Shown piece by piece: positions 48,701-56,582 of a stretch of 64,000 nt of DNA; position 1 is the first letter of the stretch, and the number at the start of each line of letters is the position of its first letter. The notes below the pieces were generated by a model that was given only the letters and a program-made list of their open reading frames with translations, had not been told where the DNA came from and did not search any database. This DNA comes from Blastomonas sp. Lineage in GTDB: Bacteria; Pseudomonadota; Alphaproteobacteria; Sphingomonadales; Sphingomonadaceae. The position numbers and the translations under genes were made by a program. The stretch lies in assembly GCF_030373265.1 (NCBI RefSeq), contig NZ_JAUCZC010000007.1, forward strand, positions 65,456 to 129,455. Reading direction: 5' to 3'.

Positions 48701-51700
48701 GATCGTCGGCAAAGGCGAAGGTGTACACCGCACCCAGATCGAAGACACTGGCGGCGATCCCGCCATCGTCCAGCCTGGCACCGACCGCCAGTCCGCGCCC
48801 GTCCAACGCCACCGATGTCCCGAAGACATCGCCCGACCCCAGCATGGTCATGTCGATATCGCCGGGCTGGGTGTAGCCAAATCCGATCTTGCCAACCGAC
48901 GTGATCGCAGAGGGAATTGGCCCTGCAAAGCTGAACAGATACACCGCGCCGGCTTCGTTCACATCGCCTTCGACACCATCGTCGCCCGGCGCTCCGACCG
49001 CCAGCCTCAGGCCGTCCAGCGCCACCGAATGCCCGAAAAGGTCTTCGGATGTGTTGCCGGGATCAAGATCGATGCCCGCACCGTAACCCTGCCCGATGGT
49101 CGCCTGCAACGACGGCGCGGCAAACATCGCGTCGGCAAAGCTGAACAGATACACCGCGCCGGCGTCGAACTCTTCATTGGCGATGCCGTCATCGCCGATC
49201 GCGCCGACCGCCAGCATCGTGCCATCGAGCGATACCGATGTGCCGAAGAGATCAAAGGCCCCGAGGCTGTCGACCGAAAGGTTGCTGCCGCCGCTATAGC
49301 CCGCGCCGATCACCGAACGCAGCACCGGCGCGCCGAATGCAAGATCGCCAAAGGTCAGCAGATAGACCGCGCCCGACAGCGGCCTCAGACCCGCCGCGCC
49401 GTCATCGTCAGGCGAACCGATCGCCAGCCGCAATCCATCGAGCGACACCGAAGCGCCAAAACGCTCGTCAAAGGCTATGCCATTGGCGGCCAGCGAGCTG
49501 CTCAGCCCATTGGCATAGCCGCTGCCGATCGAACCTGCGAGCGACAGCCCGGTAAAGGCGGTGTCGGCGAACGTGAACAGATAGACCTTGCCGATCCCGA
49601 AACGATCAGCCGTGACACCGTCATCGCCCGGAGCACCGACGACCAGCCGCCCGGCATCGAGCGCGACGCTCGATCCGAAAGAATCTCCCGGGGCCAGCCC
49701 GGTGATCGAAAGATTGCTGTCGGTGCCCGAATAGCCCGCGCCGACTATCCCCCACAAAAGCGGTGCGGAGAAGTCGGTATCGCCGAAATTCAGCAGATAG
49801 ACCGCGCCAGCGTTCGGGCCGTCTTCCAGGATACCGCGATCACCGCGCGATCCGACGGCCAGCGTGGTGCCGTCGAGCGAGACCGCGCCGCCGAATTCGT
49901 CGAACGCGTCCACGCCCAAGATCGACAGGTCGTTCGAACCGCTGATGTAATCGCGGCCCAGCGTCGACGCGAGCGAGATGCTGGCAAAGCTGGTGTCGGC
50001 AAAGTTGAAAAGATAGACCGCGCCGGCACTGTCTGCGTCATTGTTGGCGCCATCATCGCCCGAGGCACCCACCGCGAGGCCCAGGGTGCCGAGCGATACG
50101 GCGGATCCGAACTGATCTCCGGTTTCCAGCGTCAGGCTGAAATCGCCAGCGAGAATGTTGTAACCATCGCCGATCGTCCCGGCTCGCTCGCCGCCATTGA
50201 AGATGCTGTTGGTGAAGGTGAACAGATAGGCCGCACCGGTATTGGTGACGTTGTTGCCCTGACCGTCATCGCCGGGAACGCCGACTGCCAGTTGGGTGCC
50301 GCGCAGCGACACGCTGGCCCCGAAGCTGTCACCCAGGGTGAGATCGCCGACCGAGACGTTCTTGAACCCGCTATAGTCGCGGCCGACCCGCGCCTCGAGC
50401 ACAGGGCTGGCAAAGCCGGTGTTGGCGAAGCTGAACAGATAGACCGCGCCGGCATTTGCGGTGTCATCGTTGGCGCCATCGTCGCCAGGAGCGCCGACCG
50501 CCAGCCGCAACCCATCCAGGGCCACCGACGCGCCGAACATGTCGCCATCCTCGAGAACGGCGACATCGAAATTGCCAGCGCCCGTATAGCCCTGGCCGAT
50601 GATGCCGGTGACGGTCGGGGCGGAAAAAGTCGCGTCGGCAAAGGTGAACAGATACGCCGCGCCGAACGTCGTGCCGGGATCCCCGCCGATGCCCGCCACG
50701 TCGGGGGCGCCAGGCACGCCGATGACCAGCCGGTTGCCAAGCAACGCGACCGACACGCCGATATTGTCGCCGGGGTCGCCCAGCAGGTCGAGGTTCTTCT
50801 GCGCGCCATAGCCCGTGCCGATCGTGCCCCTGAGCGCAAGGTCACGCAAGCTTCCGCCATCGAAGCTGAACAGATAGACCGCGCCGGAATTGAAGCTGGT
50901 GTCGGCAAAGCCGTCCGCGCCGACTGCACCTATCGCGAGCCGGTTCTGGCTGAGCGCTACCGACGAACCGAACTGGTCATCATTGTCCATCTCGCCCGGC
51001 GCATAGTCCAGGAAATCGGTATAGCCTGCACCGATGAGGCCATTCAGCGAGAACCCGCCCTCGTCATCGTTGAACACATAGACCGCCCCTGTGCCCTCGC
51101 GCAGATCGCCCGCACCATTGTCGCCGGGCGCGCCCACGGCCAGATACGAGCCATCGAGCGCGAGCGACGAACCGAACCGCTCGGCACTGCCGATCCCGTC
51201 GATATTGAGGTCGAGGCTGCCTTCATAGCCTGCTCCGATCGTGCCGATGAGCGAACCCTCACCAAAACCGGGGCTGAAAAACCCGAACTGATAGACCGCT
51301 CCGGCGCCAGACAATCCGTTCCCATCGCCCTGATCGCCCGGCGCGCCGACGAACAGCCGAAACCCATCCTGATCGAGGGCGACCGCGCTGCCGAACAGGT
51401 CGCCTGAATCGAGCTGGCCAACGTCGATATCCTTGATGCCCGTCGCGCCCGCGGCGACATAGCCTTCAAGCTGCCCGCCATTGAAAGCTGCATCGGCAAA
51501 GCTGAACAGATAGGCCGCGCCGGAATCGAACACGCCATTGCCCTGCCCGTCGTCGAACGGGGCGCCCACCACCAGCGCGTTGCCACGCAGCGCGACCGAC
51601 GCGCCGAAATTGTCGAAATCCTCCAGCCCGGCCATATCGATGCTTTGCGCGCCGACATAACCGGTGCCGATCTTGCCGACCAGAGCCCCGCCACCGAACT

Positions 51701-54700
51701 GCGCGTCGCTGAACGTGAACAGGAACACCGATCCGACGTCGAAGCCCGGCGGATCGCCGTTGCCCCGGTCACCAGGAACGCCGACGGCCAGCCGGTTGCC
51801 GTCGAGCGAAAGCGCGGAGCCGAACCGGCTGCCGAAATCCAGCGGGACCGAGACATTCTTGCCGCCGGCATAGCCATCGCCGATGATCGCCTCGAGCATC
51901 GGCGACCGGAACGCCAGATCGGCAAAGCTGAACAGATACACCGCGCCCAGGTCCACGCCCGATCCCGCGCTGCCGCCATCGCCGGGAACGCCGACCGCTA
52001 GCCGCCGTCCGTCCAGCGCCACGGCCGCGCCGAATTGCGGCCCCAGGAAACTGCCCGATGACGTAGGAAGCGACAGCGAGAAGTTCTGCTGCCCCTCATA
52101 GCCCGAACCCAGCGTGTCGATGAGCCGCGGCTCGGCAAAACCCGCGCCGCCAAAGGTGAACAGATAGGCCGCGCCGGATCCCGGAGCGCTGTCGTTCGGC
52201 CCCGAACTGTTGGAGGCGCCTGCGACCAGCCGGTTGTTGTCGAGCGAGACGGCACTGCCGAGCTGGAAGCCAGCCTCGATCGCGCGCAGCTTGAGCGAAT
52301 AATCGCCCGCACCGGCATAGCCCGATCCGATCTGCCCGGTCTGGGTTATGCCCGAGAAGCCGCTGCCGCCGAAGGTGAACAGGAACACCGCGCCGGAATT
52401 GCCCTCGAAGCCGCTGGCACCTGCATCCCCCATCGCGCCGACGGCGAGCTGCCGCCCCTGCAACGAGACCGACTGACCGAAACGGCTGCCGCCAGGCACC
52501 GAAAGGTTGAGGCCCGGCGGCGTGAAATCGTCGCTGCCCAGGTAAAACGCACCGATCGTGGCATCGAGCGTCGCATTGGCATAGGCCGTGTCGGCAAAGC
52601 TGAACAGGAACACCGCGCCTGGATCAAAGAAATCGTCCATGAACCCGTCATCGCCGGGCGCGCCGACCGCCAACCGCAGCCCGTCCAGCGCCACCGCGCT
52701 GCCGAACCGGTCGCCACTCGAAAGATCAGCGAAATCGGCGTCGCTGCCACCCTCATAGCCCTTGCCGATGGTCGACAGCCTGATCGGGGTGGCCGAGAAA
52801 TCGGGCGAGCCCAGATCGAACAGATGGACCGCGCCTGCATCGAACGCGGGAAGCACCGGATCGGTACCCGCATCGCCTGCCGCGCCGACCGCGATGAAGT
52901 TTCCGTCGAGCGATACCGCGCTGCCGAACTGTGCGCCCTGAGCCGAGATCGATCCCCCGGTGAACGTCTCGAAATTCAGCACACGGGCCAGCGCGCCCGC
53001 ATCGAACGTCGTGCTGCCGAAGGTGAAGAGATAGACCGCGCCGGCGTCCAGATCGCCCGAATTGTTGTTCAGGCCGTCGTCACCCGGCGCCCCCACTGCC
53101 AGCCTCAGCCCGTCGAGCGAAACCGAGGTGCCGAACATGTCGCTCGCGTCGAGCCGTGCGACCGACAGGTTTTTGCCGCCGCTATAGCCCGATCCGATGA
53201 CCGACTGGAGCACCGGCGCGCTGAACTGCGCATCGCCGAAGGTGAAGAGATAGACCGCGCCGGCATTGGGGTTGCTGTTGCCCGCGCCATCGTCGAACGG
53301 CGCGCCCACCGCCAGCCGGTTGCCATCCAGCGCGACCGAGGTGCCGAAGCCGTCGAACCGTTCCAAGCCTTCGCCGGCCAGCGACAGGCCGGTGAAATCG
53401 CGATATCCTGCGCCCAGCGTCCCGACCTGCCGGCCGCCCTTGAAGGTGGCTTCATCGAAGGTGAACAGATAGACCGCACCGGCATCGGTTGTGGCGTCGT
53501 TTTGCCCGTCGTCATTGGCCACGCCGATGACCAGTCGATTGCCGTCGAGCGCCGCCGCACCGATGGAGTCGCCAGCACCATAGCCCGCCAGGGTCAGATC
53601 CCCGAAGGCGTTGCCGTAGTTTGCGCCGATCGTGGCCCTGAGCTGCGGTGCCAATCCCGGGTCATCCGACAGCGTGAACAGACGGACCGCGCCGGAATCG
53701 GGCGCGCTGTTCTCGCCACCATCGTCGAGCGACGCCACCACCGACAGGCGATTGCCGTCGAGCGAGACCGACTGCCCGAAATGATCCGATGGATCGAGAA
53801 AGTTCAGATCGACATCGCTGGAGCCGGAATACCCAAACCCGATTCTCGACTGCAGGGTGCCGGATTCGAACGCGGGAGAGTCGAATGCGAACAGATACAC
53901 CGCGCCTGTGCTGAAGCTGGCATTGCCTTCGCCATCGTCGAACACCGCCCCGACCGCGAGGCGGCTGCCGCTCAGCGACACCCCCGCTCCGAAATAATCA
54001 TTGGCATCGAGCGCCAGCGCGATGTCCTTCGCCCCGCCATAGCCCTCGCCGATGGTCGCCTCGAGCAGCGGGTTGCTGAACAGGCTGTCGGCGAACGAGA
54101 AGAGATACACCGCGCCGGCATCACTGGCAGCGTTGGTTGCGCCATCGTCGAACAGTGCCCCCACGGCCAAACGATCACCGTCGAGCGAAACGCTCGCCCC
54201 GAACAGATCGCTCGCCTCCAGGTTCGCAACCGACAGGTTCGCCGGGCCGGAATAGCCCGCGCCCACAATGCCGCGCAGCGTGCCGTTGCCGAATGTCACG
54301 TCATCGAAGGTGAACAGATAGACCGCGCCTGCATCGGTCGCGGCATTGCCTTCGCCGTCGTCGTTTCTCGCCGAAACCGCCAGCCGCTGCCCATCGAGCG
54401 ACAGCGCATAGCCGAACAGGTCACCCGCCTCGAGCCCGGCCAGCGCGATGTTCCGACCGCCGCTATAGCCCGACCCGATGACCGCGCTCAGCACCGGCGC
54501 GGCAAACAGGCTGTCGGCGAAGGAGAACAGATAGACCGCCCCGGCGTCAGGCTGGCCATCGTCGGCGCCATCGTCGCCGGGGATCCCGACGGCCAGCCGG
54601 TTGCCATCGAGCGAGAGCGCTGACCCGAACCCGTCGCCTGCCGCGATGCTGGCCGGAGCGGCACCTGGCCCTGAAGCGCTGAACGCCTGCAGCACGAGCC

Positions 54701-56582
54701 CGTATTGGCTCGGCGTGTTGGTGACATCGGCGATGATGATGTTCTTCGGATCGAGCAACAGCTTGCCGCCGCGCTGGCCGTCGCGCGCGGTTTCCACCGT
54801 GCCGCGATAGACCAGCGTCTCCTTGCCCGAAATCTCGATCTGGCCACCAAGACCGCCGACCAGGCCACCAAGCGCGATCGCCTTGCCCAGAAACGTCGTC
54901 CGCTCGTCCGACCACAAGACGATCTCGCCGGCATTGCCGCGCATGCCGATTGCCGAGACATCGATCGTCACCGCATCGGTTGCGACCAGTGTCCGCGCGT
55001 TGGGCAGTTCGTCGAGGCTGAGACCCCTGCCGCCCTGGAACTCTCCGCCCAGCCGCACCCGGCCACCGCGCACGCCACCCTGCGCATAGAATTGCGCCGA
55101 GAACAGGTCGAGCCGCGGTGCACTGACATCGATCGATCCGCCAAAACCATGGCTGCCCGATGCGCGGAACCTGCCCGAGGAGATGATCTGGTCGTCCGAG
55201 ACATAGCGGATCGTTCCGCCGTGCAGCCCGCTCGCATCGATGAACGCATCGCCGGTGTCGATCGCACGGCGCGTGGTGTGGATATCGACATTGCCGCCTT
55301 TGCCCAGCCCGGCGTTGACCGTGATCCGCCCGGCGAGCGAGAATCCGCCCGCATCGAGCTGGATCTTGCCACCCGCATCCGCGCCGCTGGCCGAAAGGAT
55401 CGAGCCGAACGAGAGAAAATCGCTGCCGGTGATGTGCGCGGTGCCGCCGGCCTTGCTGCCATCGAGGTTGATCGTGCCATCGAGAATGGTGCGCGCAGCC
55501 GAGATGGTCAGCGTACCCCCGGTGCCGCTGGCCGCCAGCGCCTGGCCCGGCGCGGCGGCGGCATCGCCGTCGAGCGAACCAACCCAGCCGATATTGCTGT
55601 TGTTGCCGCCCTTGGCCGGGCGGCCGCCTGTCTGCACGGCATTGGTGCCCGATGACAGGTCCATCGCGACATTGCTGCCGACCTGCACCTCGCCCGGAGC
55701 CGCGATCGTGACCTTGGCGGCGATCAGCGAGACCTTGCCGTCGGCGCCGACCTGCATGCTGGCAGCCTGCGGGGTGCCGATGCGCACCGACTGGTTGACC
55801 AGATCGCGCGCCGCCGAGGCGGTGATCAGCAGCGATCCGCCGCGGGCATCCACCACGCCGTCGATATCGACCAGCGCGCCCTTGTCGTCGAGCTTGGTGA
55901 CCGCATCGCCGACCTGGAAGCGGATCAGGTTGTCGCCGTGCAGGTCGAGCGTGAACGCCTGCGCGCCGCCAAAGGCGATCCTGCCCATATGCGCGGTGAT
56001 GATTCCGTCATTGGCGACCTGCGGCGCGACGAACGCGGCGATGCCCGCATCGCGCACCGTGATCGTGCTGTGATTGATGATCTTCGCGCCGGCCCGCCCG
56101 GGCGTGCCGAAGCGCAAGCTTCCGCCCGCCATGAAGGCATCGTTGCCGATATCCGCGCTGGTCGCGACCAAGCCTGCGACATCGACCCTGGCATCCTTGC
56201 CGAAGACGATGCCGTTGCCGTTGATCAGATAGACCTGACCATTGGCGGTCAGCTCGCCCATGATCTGGCTGATTTCGGGCCCGGTCACCCGGTTGAGCGC
56301 GATCGACCGTGCGCCGGGCTGGCGGAAATCGACGCCCTGGCCCGCGCCGATCGAAAAGCTGTCCCAGTTGATGACGACGCGGTCGCTGGTCTGGTCGATG
56401 CGCACCCGGTCGGTGCCCTGACCGTTGATCGTCGCATTGCCCGCGACGACATTGCCGCCCCCGGGGTTGGCCAGTGCCGTCTGCGCGGTGACGATGGCAA
56501 GGCCCGCCACCCCGGTGCGCAAGGCGGTCCGCCAGCCTGCACTGCGGCGGTGACGTGGGCGAAGGGTCAGCAAATGGCTCAT
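42729..56582 (-). CDS. giant two-partner-secretion exoprotein (TpsA, filamentous haemagglutinin family), 4617 aa
   Basis: Real start is ATG 56582 (MSHLLTLRPRHRRSAGWRT... extended signal), overlapping the tpsB stop by ATGA. TPS domain: NPGGGNVVAGNATI...VINWDSFSIGAGQGVDFRQP...ALNRVTG...GELTANGQVYLINGNGIVFG. About 36 FG-GAP-like units, about 13 MBG-type repeats and a Pro-rich tail follow. Confidence 0.9.
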   Translation of the reverse strand: MSHLLTLRPRHRRSAGWRTALRTGVAGLAIVTAQTALANPGGGNVVAGNATINGQGTDRVRIDQTSDRVVINWDSFSIGAGQGVDFRQPGARSIALNRVTGPEISQIMGELTANGQVYLINGNGIVFGKDARVDVAGLVATSADIGNDAFMAGGSLRFGTPGRAGAKIINHSTITVRDAGIAAFVAPQVANDGIITAHMGRIAFGGAQAFTLDLHGDNLIRFQVGDAVTKLDDKGALVDIDGVVDARGGSLLITASAARDLVNQSVRIGTPQAASMQVGADGKVSLIAAKVTIAAPGEVQVGSNVAMDLSSGTNAVQTGGRPAKGGNNSNIGWVGSLDGDAAAAPGQALAASGTGGTLTISAARTILDGTINLDGSKAGGTAHITGSDFLSFGSILSASGADAGGKIQLDAGGFSLAGRITVNAGLGKGGNVDIHTTRRAIDTGDAFIDASGLHGGTIRYVSDDQIISSGRFRASGSHGFGGSIDVSAPRLDLFSAQFYAQGGVRGGRVRLGGEFQGGRGLSLDELPNARTLVATDAVTIDVSAIGMRGNAGEIVLWSDERTTFLGKAIALGGLVGGLGGQIEISGKETLVYRGTVETARDGQRGGKLLLDPKNIIIADVTNTPSQYGLVLQAFSASGPGAAPASIAAGDGFGSALSLDGNRLAVGIPGDDGADDGQPDAGAVYLFSFADSLFAAPVLSAVIGSGYSGGRNIALAGLEAGDLFGYALSLDGQRLAVSARNDDGEGNAATDAGAVYLFTFDDVTFGNGTLRGIVGAGYSGPANLSVANLEASDLFGASVSLDGDRLAVGALFDDGATNAASDAGAVYLFSFADSLFSNPLLEATIGEGYGGAKDIALALDANDYFGAGVSLSGSRLAVGAVFDDGEGNASFSTGAVYLFAFDSPAFESGTLQSRIGFGYSGSSDVDLNFLDPSDHFGQSVSLDGNRLSVVASLDDGGENSAPDSGAVRLFTLSDDPGLAPQLRATIGANYGNAFGDLTLAGYGAGDSIGAAALDGNRLVIGVANDDGQNDATTDAGAVYLFTFDEATFKGGRQVGTLGAGYRDFTGLSLAGEGLERFDGFGTSVALDGNRLAVGAPFDDGAGNSNPNAGAVYLFTFGDAQFSAPVLQSVIGSGYSGGKNLSVARLDASDMFGTSVSLDGLRLAVGAPGDDGLNNNSGDLDAGAVYLFTFGSTTFDAGALARVLNFETFTGGSISAQGAQFGSAVSLDGNFIAVGAAGDAGTDPVLPAFDAGAVHLFDLGSPDFSATPIRLSTIGKGYEGGSDADFADLSSGDRFGSAVALDGLRLAVGAPGDDGFMDDFFDPGAVFLFSFADTAYANATLDATIGAFYLGSDDFTPPGLNLSVPGGSRFGQSVSLQGRQLAVGAMGDAGASGFEGNSGAVFLFTFGGSGFSGITQTGQIGSGYAGAGDYSLKLRAIEAGFQLGSAVSLDNNRLVAGASNSSGPNDSAPGSGAAYLFTFGGAGFAEPRLIDTLGSGYEGQQNFSLSLPTSSGSFLGPQFGAAVALDGRRLAVGVPGDGGSAGSGVDLGAVYLFSFADLAFRSPMLEAIIGDGYAGGKNVSVPLDFGSRFGSALSLDGNRLAVGVPGDRGNGDPPGFDVGSVFLFTFSDAQFGGGALVGKIGTGYVGAQSIDMAGLEDFDNFGASVALRGNALVVGAPFDDGQGNGVFDSGAAYLFSFADAAFNGGQLEGYVAAGATGIKDIDVGQLDSGDLFGSAVALDQDGFRLFVGAPGDQGDGNGLSGAGAVYQFGFFSPGFGEGSLIGTIGAGYEGSLDLNIDGIGSAERFGSSLALDGSYLAVGAPGDNGAGDLREGTGAVYVFNDDEGGFSLNGLIGAGYTDFLDYAPGEMDNDDQFGSSVALSQNRLAIGAVGADGFADTSFNSGAVYLFSFDGGSLRDLALRGTIGTGYGAQKNLDLLGDPGDNIGVSVALLGNRLVIGVPGAPDVAGIGGDPGTTFGAAYLFTFADATFSAPTVTGIIGQGYTGAGNFDVAVLEDGDMFGASVALDGLRLAVGAPGDDGANDDTANAGAVYLFSFANTGFASPVLEARVGRDYSGFKNVSVGDLTLGDSFGASVSLRGTQLAVGVPGDDGQGNNVTNTGAAYLFTFTNSIFNGGERAGTIGDGYNILAGDFSLTLETGDQFGSAVSLGTLGLAVGASGDDGANNDADSAGAVYLFNFADTSFASISLASTLGRDYISGSNDLSILGVDAFDEFGGAVSLDGTTLAVGSRGDRGILEDGPNAGAVYLLNFGDTDFSAPLLWGIVGAGYSGTDSNLSITGLAPGDSFGSSVALDAGRLVVGAPGDDGVTADRFGIGKVYLFTFADTAFTGLSLAGSIGSGYANGLSSSLAANGIAFDERFGASVSLDGLRLAIGSPDDDGAAGLRPLSGAVYLLTFGDLAFGAPVLRSVIGAGYSGGSNLSVDSLGAFDLFGTSVSLDGTMLAVGAIGDDGIANEEFDAGAVYLFSFADAMFAAPSLQATIGQGYGAGIDLDPGNTSEDLFGHSVALDGLRLAVGAPGDDGVEGDVNEAGAVYLFSFAGPIPSAITSVGKIGFGYTQPGDIDMTMLGSGDVFGTSVALDGRGLAVGARLDDGGIAASVFDLGAVYTFAFADDQFGGGSLRSTIGFGYSGADDIDLSQLSSGDYFGTSVSLDGNRLVVGATRDNGAFNDTDGAGAVYAFSFADDQFTGPVLEATIGRDYSGGKNVGVDLGFFDDFGISVALDGNRLAVGAASDDGPGDAFFNIGAVHLFTFDDPAFTGGRLAGTIGAGYRSALGIDLTFPDGAQGPDGAFDAFGRSLSLDGNRLAVGAPGDDGALGAVANAGAVYLFTFADADFAAPVLEGVIGAGYSGGKNLSVGGLAADDLFGTAVSLDGNRLAVGAPFDGGEGDSALLSGAVYLFGFSDAAFSDPAQIARIGNGYLGGGDLNLALAAGAGFGTAVSLSGNRLAVGSPNDNGFGGDVAGSGAVYLFGFADDMFTGTALIGTMGAGYNGAGDVNLSAVLDAADRFGSSVALDGYRLAVGAALDGGFTNAAPQAGAVHLFTFASSDLTGGSLVGTIGEGYAGGNNLSLSGLAGFGASVALDGLSLAAGTFGSSIAYVFSFANPSFAAPGLDFRAGADVTGPNDIAVADTLDSDFGLGLSIDAGRLVVGAPRSNGPDGQAEASGAAYFFSLGESVLPGFGFGDDPGADVTISASALAAILSGGTGVELQANNDITVNAAILVDNPSGDGGFLTFRAGRSIFVNAGIVSDNGSVNLIANDLVANGVVDAFRDSGDAVITFGPGGFIDAGTGFVGVGISSGNDHTFFQSGAISLGSVTASAIEVLNAGMSGNAGVTLLPGAVLTASGPDYAIVVRSDVFTNLAGAGVFNLTGSGRFLVYSDDYDVIDRGGLTGNNLYNRNFVLAQPDTITQPGNLFIFSRQPILTFTADDATRTYGEATPAYGFQFSGLVNGESEAYAFSGAPNLFDFASGNAGTDTIFIDAGTLVSDVGYGFDFVTGALTTLRALLTARADDQTRQYGLDNPAFTVTYSGFVNGDDASVILSSPSFSTIADITSDVGSYTIDLGEAFADNYDFDYVPGTLTITKALLTVTADDASRPYGASDPLFTGSITGLLNSDTQSVISGLVYGSDALITSDAGLYSITGSGATATNYDFAYVPGTLTITKALLTVIADDATREYGLADPAFTGSISGFLNGDDDGVVSGLVYGSNAVLNSGIGSYAITGSGASATNYDFSYVPGTLTITRALLTVAADDASREYGLANPVFTGSITGLRAGDTASVVSGLVYGSAATAASDVGTFAITGSGGAAANYDFAYTPGTLTITRALLTVTANDATREYGLANPGFTGSVTGLRNGNTASVISGLVYGTPATAGSDVGSYVITGSGASATNYDFAYVPGTLTITKALLTVIADDATREYGLADPAFTGSISGFLNGDDDGVVSGLVYGSNAVLNSGIGSYAITGSGASATNYDFSYVPGTLTITRALLTVAADDASREYGLANPVFTGSITGLRAGDTASVVSGLVYGSAATAASDVGTFAITGSGGAAANYDFAYTPGTLTITRALLTVTANDATREYGLANPGFTGSVTGLRNGNTASVISGLVYGTPATAGSDVGSYVITGSGASATNYDFAYVPGTLTITRALLTISADSLAREYGLANPVLTSTIAGLRNGDTASVISGLVLATPATNASGVGNYSIGVSGGSALNYDFAYIPGTLAITPAPLTVTVDSKTRVYGSANPALTASITGFRNGDTDAVVSGLRLRTGAIVRTNVGDYVITGSGATAANYRFDYIPGTLTITKALLQVRVSNANREYGLDNPAFGAMITGFRNGDRADVVSGLTFGTVASIGSDVGSYAITASGASALNYDFAYTAGRLTIDRARLLITANSLVTEQGSGDPVLTVSYSGLRNGDTGDVVTGLVLRSSGGGSAASGQYVINASRGTARNYQITYRPGVMTVLAPIMPPTQDPPAANPPAANPPVIVPPPAGGGTTGDDPVAQPPGAGSDAAPSTPVPANPPPPVIALPGQGSVAMPETPNATSPLQVLQGLAAPLPVLLAPETRPLDSAQPGDPSRGGGQRTGCTYISLCSAAPVPLWTFQPAQ
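44140..45602. repeat. exact 720-bp tandem duplication (2.03 copies) inside tpsA
   Basis: Line-by-line comparison shows 44140-44882 is identical to 44860-45602. This duplicates three MBG-type domains (240 aa). Identical antisense ORF pairs in the track (44366/45086 and 44606/45326) confirm it. Confidence 0.95.
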
